Shown: piece after piece, positions 62,812 through 64,000 of the stretch
Layout: each line of letters begins with the position of its first letter
How positions within the stretch are numbered: the first letter of the stretch is position 1
Assembly: GCA_002633005.1 (NCBI GenBank)
Contig: NMRA01000003.1
Span: 1,602,503 to 1,666,502, forward strand
Reading direction: 5' to 3'
DNA from: Phoronis australis
Taxonomy: Eukaryota > Animalia > Phoronida
DNA length: 64,000 nucleotides
The notes under the pieces: model-generated
What the model was told of the DNA's origin: nothing
The model's input: only the letters and a program-made list of their open reading frames with translations
Database searches by the model: none
Translations under genes and position numbers: made by a program

Positions 62812-64000
62812 GTAAGAAATAGCTAAGTTACTTCACTTTTTGTAGTCACTTAACATTCTTTGGTCATCCACTGATAGTTATGTGTGTGTCTTCTATTTCT
62901 GTCTCTTTTATGGTCTGTTTATCACCAGTTTCTAGCCAGGCAAGTCTTAGTACCTACATGTCATCTGTATTGTTTATGCCTGGTAGTAATGCCAACATGC
63001 TCAGTTCCTCTGGAGTATTGGTGGTAACAAGTTTAACTTGCATTGTGGCTGCAATTATGATATCAACCAAGCCTGATATCAACTTGCCATAGTAGATTAC
63101 TGCTGGGACATTATTACACGAAAAGAATTTGCAAATACAGTGAAACTGCCATTAGCCATAAATGGCTAAACTTAATTTGAGTTTCTTGGGTGAACTTCCC
63201 CTGTAATGCTCATTTTAGTTTGGGCGCCCTGCCCTTCAGACAAGTCCGATAAAATTTCTCTGTCCTGGGTTGAATCAAACTTATGCACGTTATACTGTAG
63301 AACAGCTTAATTCTATCTTTGTCGTAGTCTAACAGTTCGTTACACACATTGTTTTGATGAGTCCGTTTATGAAAGGCATAGCACAGCGGCATCTATTGCA
63401 GCATAAGCTTTCTACAGCTCAAATCTCTGTCAATATTCCGTCGTTGATTCACCTGATTGTCTTTCTTACTTCGTCTCAAAATTGTTCTTGTAGCCTCTGG
63501 CATCAACGCTATGTCTACAACTTGATTGTTCTTGACGTTTCCTGATCTTATGGAAATTTTAATTTCCTGTCCTCAAATGTTTACTGGGTGCTGTTTTGCA
63601 CTTGTATGAGATGATACTTTTGTCAGGGGATTCAACCAGAGGAAATTAAGGAACATGCTTATTTACTGCTGTTTCTAAAGCCTGGCTTTACACCTAGGTG
63701 TAACCTCAATACTTCCTTACAGCTTCTGTTTTGTAAAAAGTACTGATCAACTCGTTGTCCTAAACAAATATGTCTACGGCATGTCACATATATTTGAAGG
63801 AAGGGCTGTTACAAAGGTATACATATTCATTTGCCAAAGCTCACCTGAAACCTGTAATAAGAACGCTTAGTGGTCAGTTATAATTTTGAATATTTTATCT
63901 GGATTTCTTTTGATTTCTGTTTATTAATTTATTTAAATTTTTGAACTCTTTGAGAACACTTTTGATGTCTAATAGTTGAACCATATGGTTTCCTTTATTG

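Overview
This is AT-rich, intron-rich animal DNA from a draft assembly, most likely a bilaterian invertebrate. It has single Ns at 2740, 6803 and 9029 and two N gaps. Almost none of the supplied ORFs are real genes. Splice sites and reading frames give a phase-consistent chain of + strand exons: 5669-5787, [14504-14545], 26253-26485, 30184-30291, 46869-46996, 49095-49129, 50856-50969, 53024-53154, 60465-60569 and 61722-61800. These encode a long Ser/Arg/Lys-rich N-terminus that runs into ALFNAVEHQDMDLANSILNTENLDVN(S/R), the first ankyrin repeat typical of ANKFN1 / Drosophila wide awake (wake/banderuola). The gene continues past the window end. It appears to have at least two further alternative first coding exons (37725-37920, 46674-46776) and a candidate 24-nt microexon (62788-62811). 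A probable divergent gene starts on the - strand near the left edge. The introns hold many non-autonomous transposons: Kolobok (TTAA TSD, one with a CpG-decayed THAP pseudogene), Tc2/pogo-like, PIF/Harbinger MITEs, Helentron-type HINEs carrying CTCF-like motifs, and tRNA-derived SINEs, several of them nested. There is also a higher-order minisatellite, two unusual hairpin structures flanked by direct repeats, and a 2-kb tandem duplication that is probably an assembly artefact. I found no CRISPR array, rRNA, true tRNA or intact transposase, and I cannot support a wholly new system from sequence alone. All calls are by eye, with no database searches.
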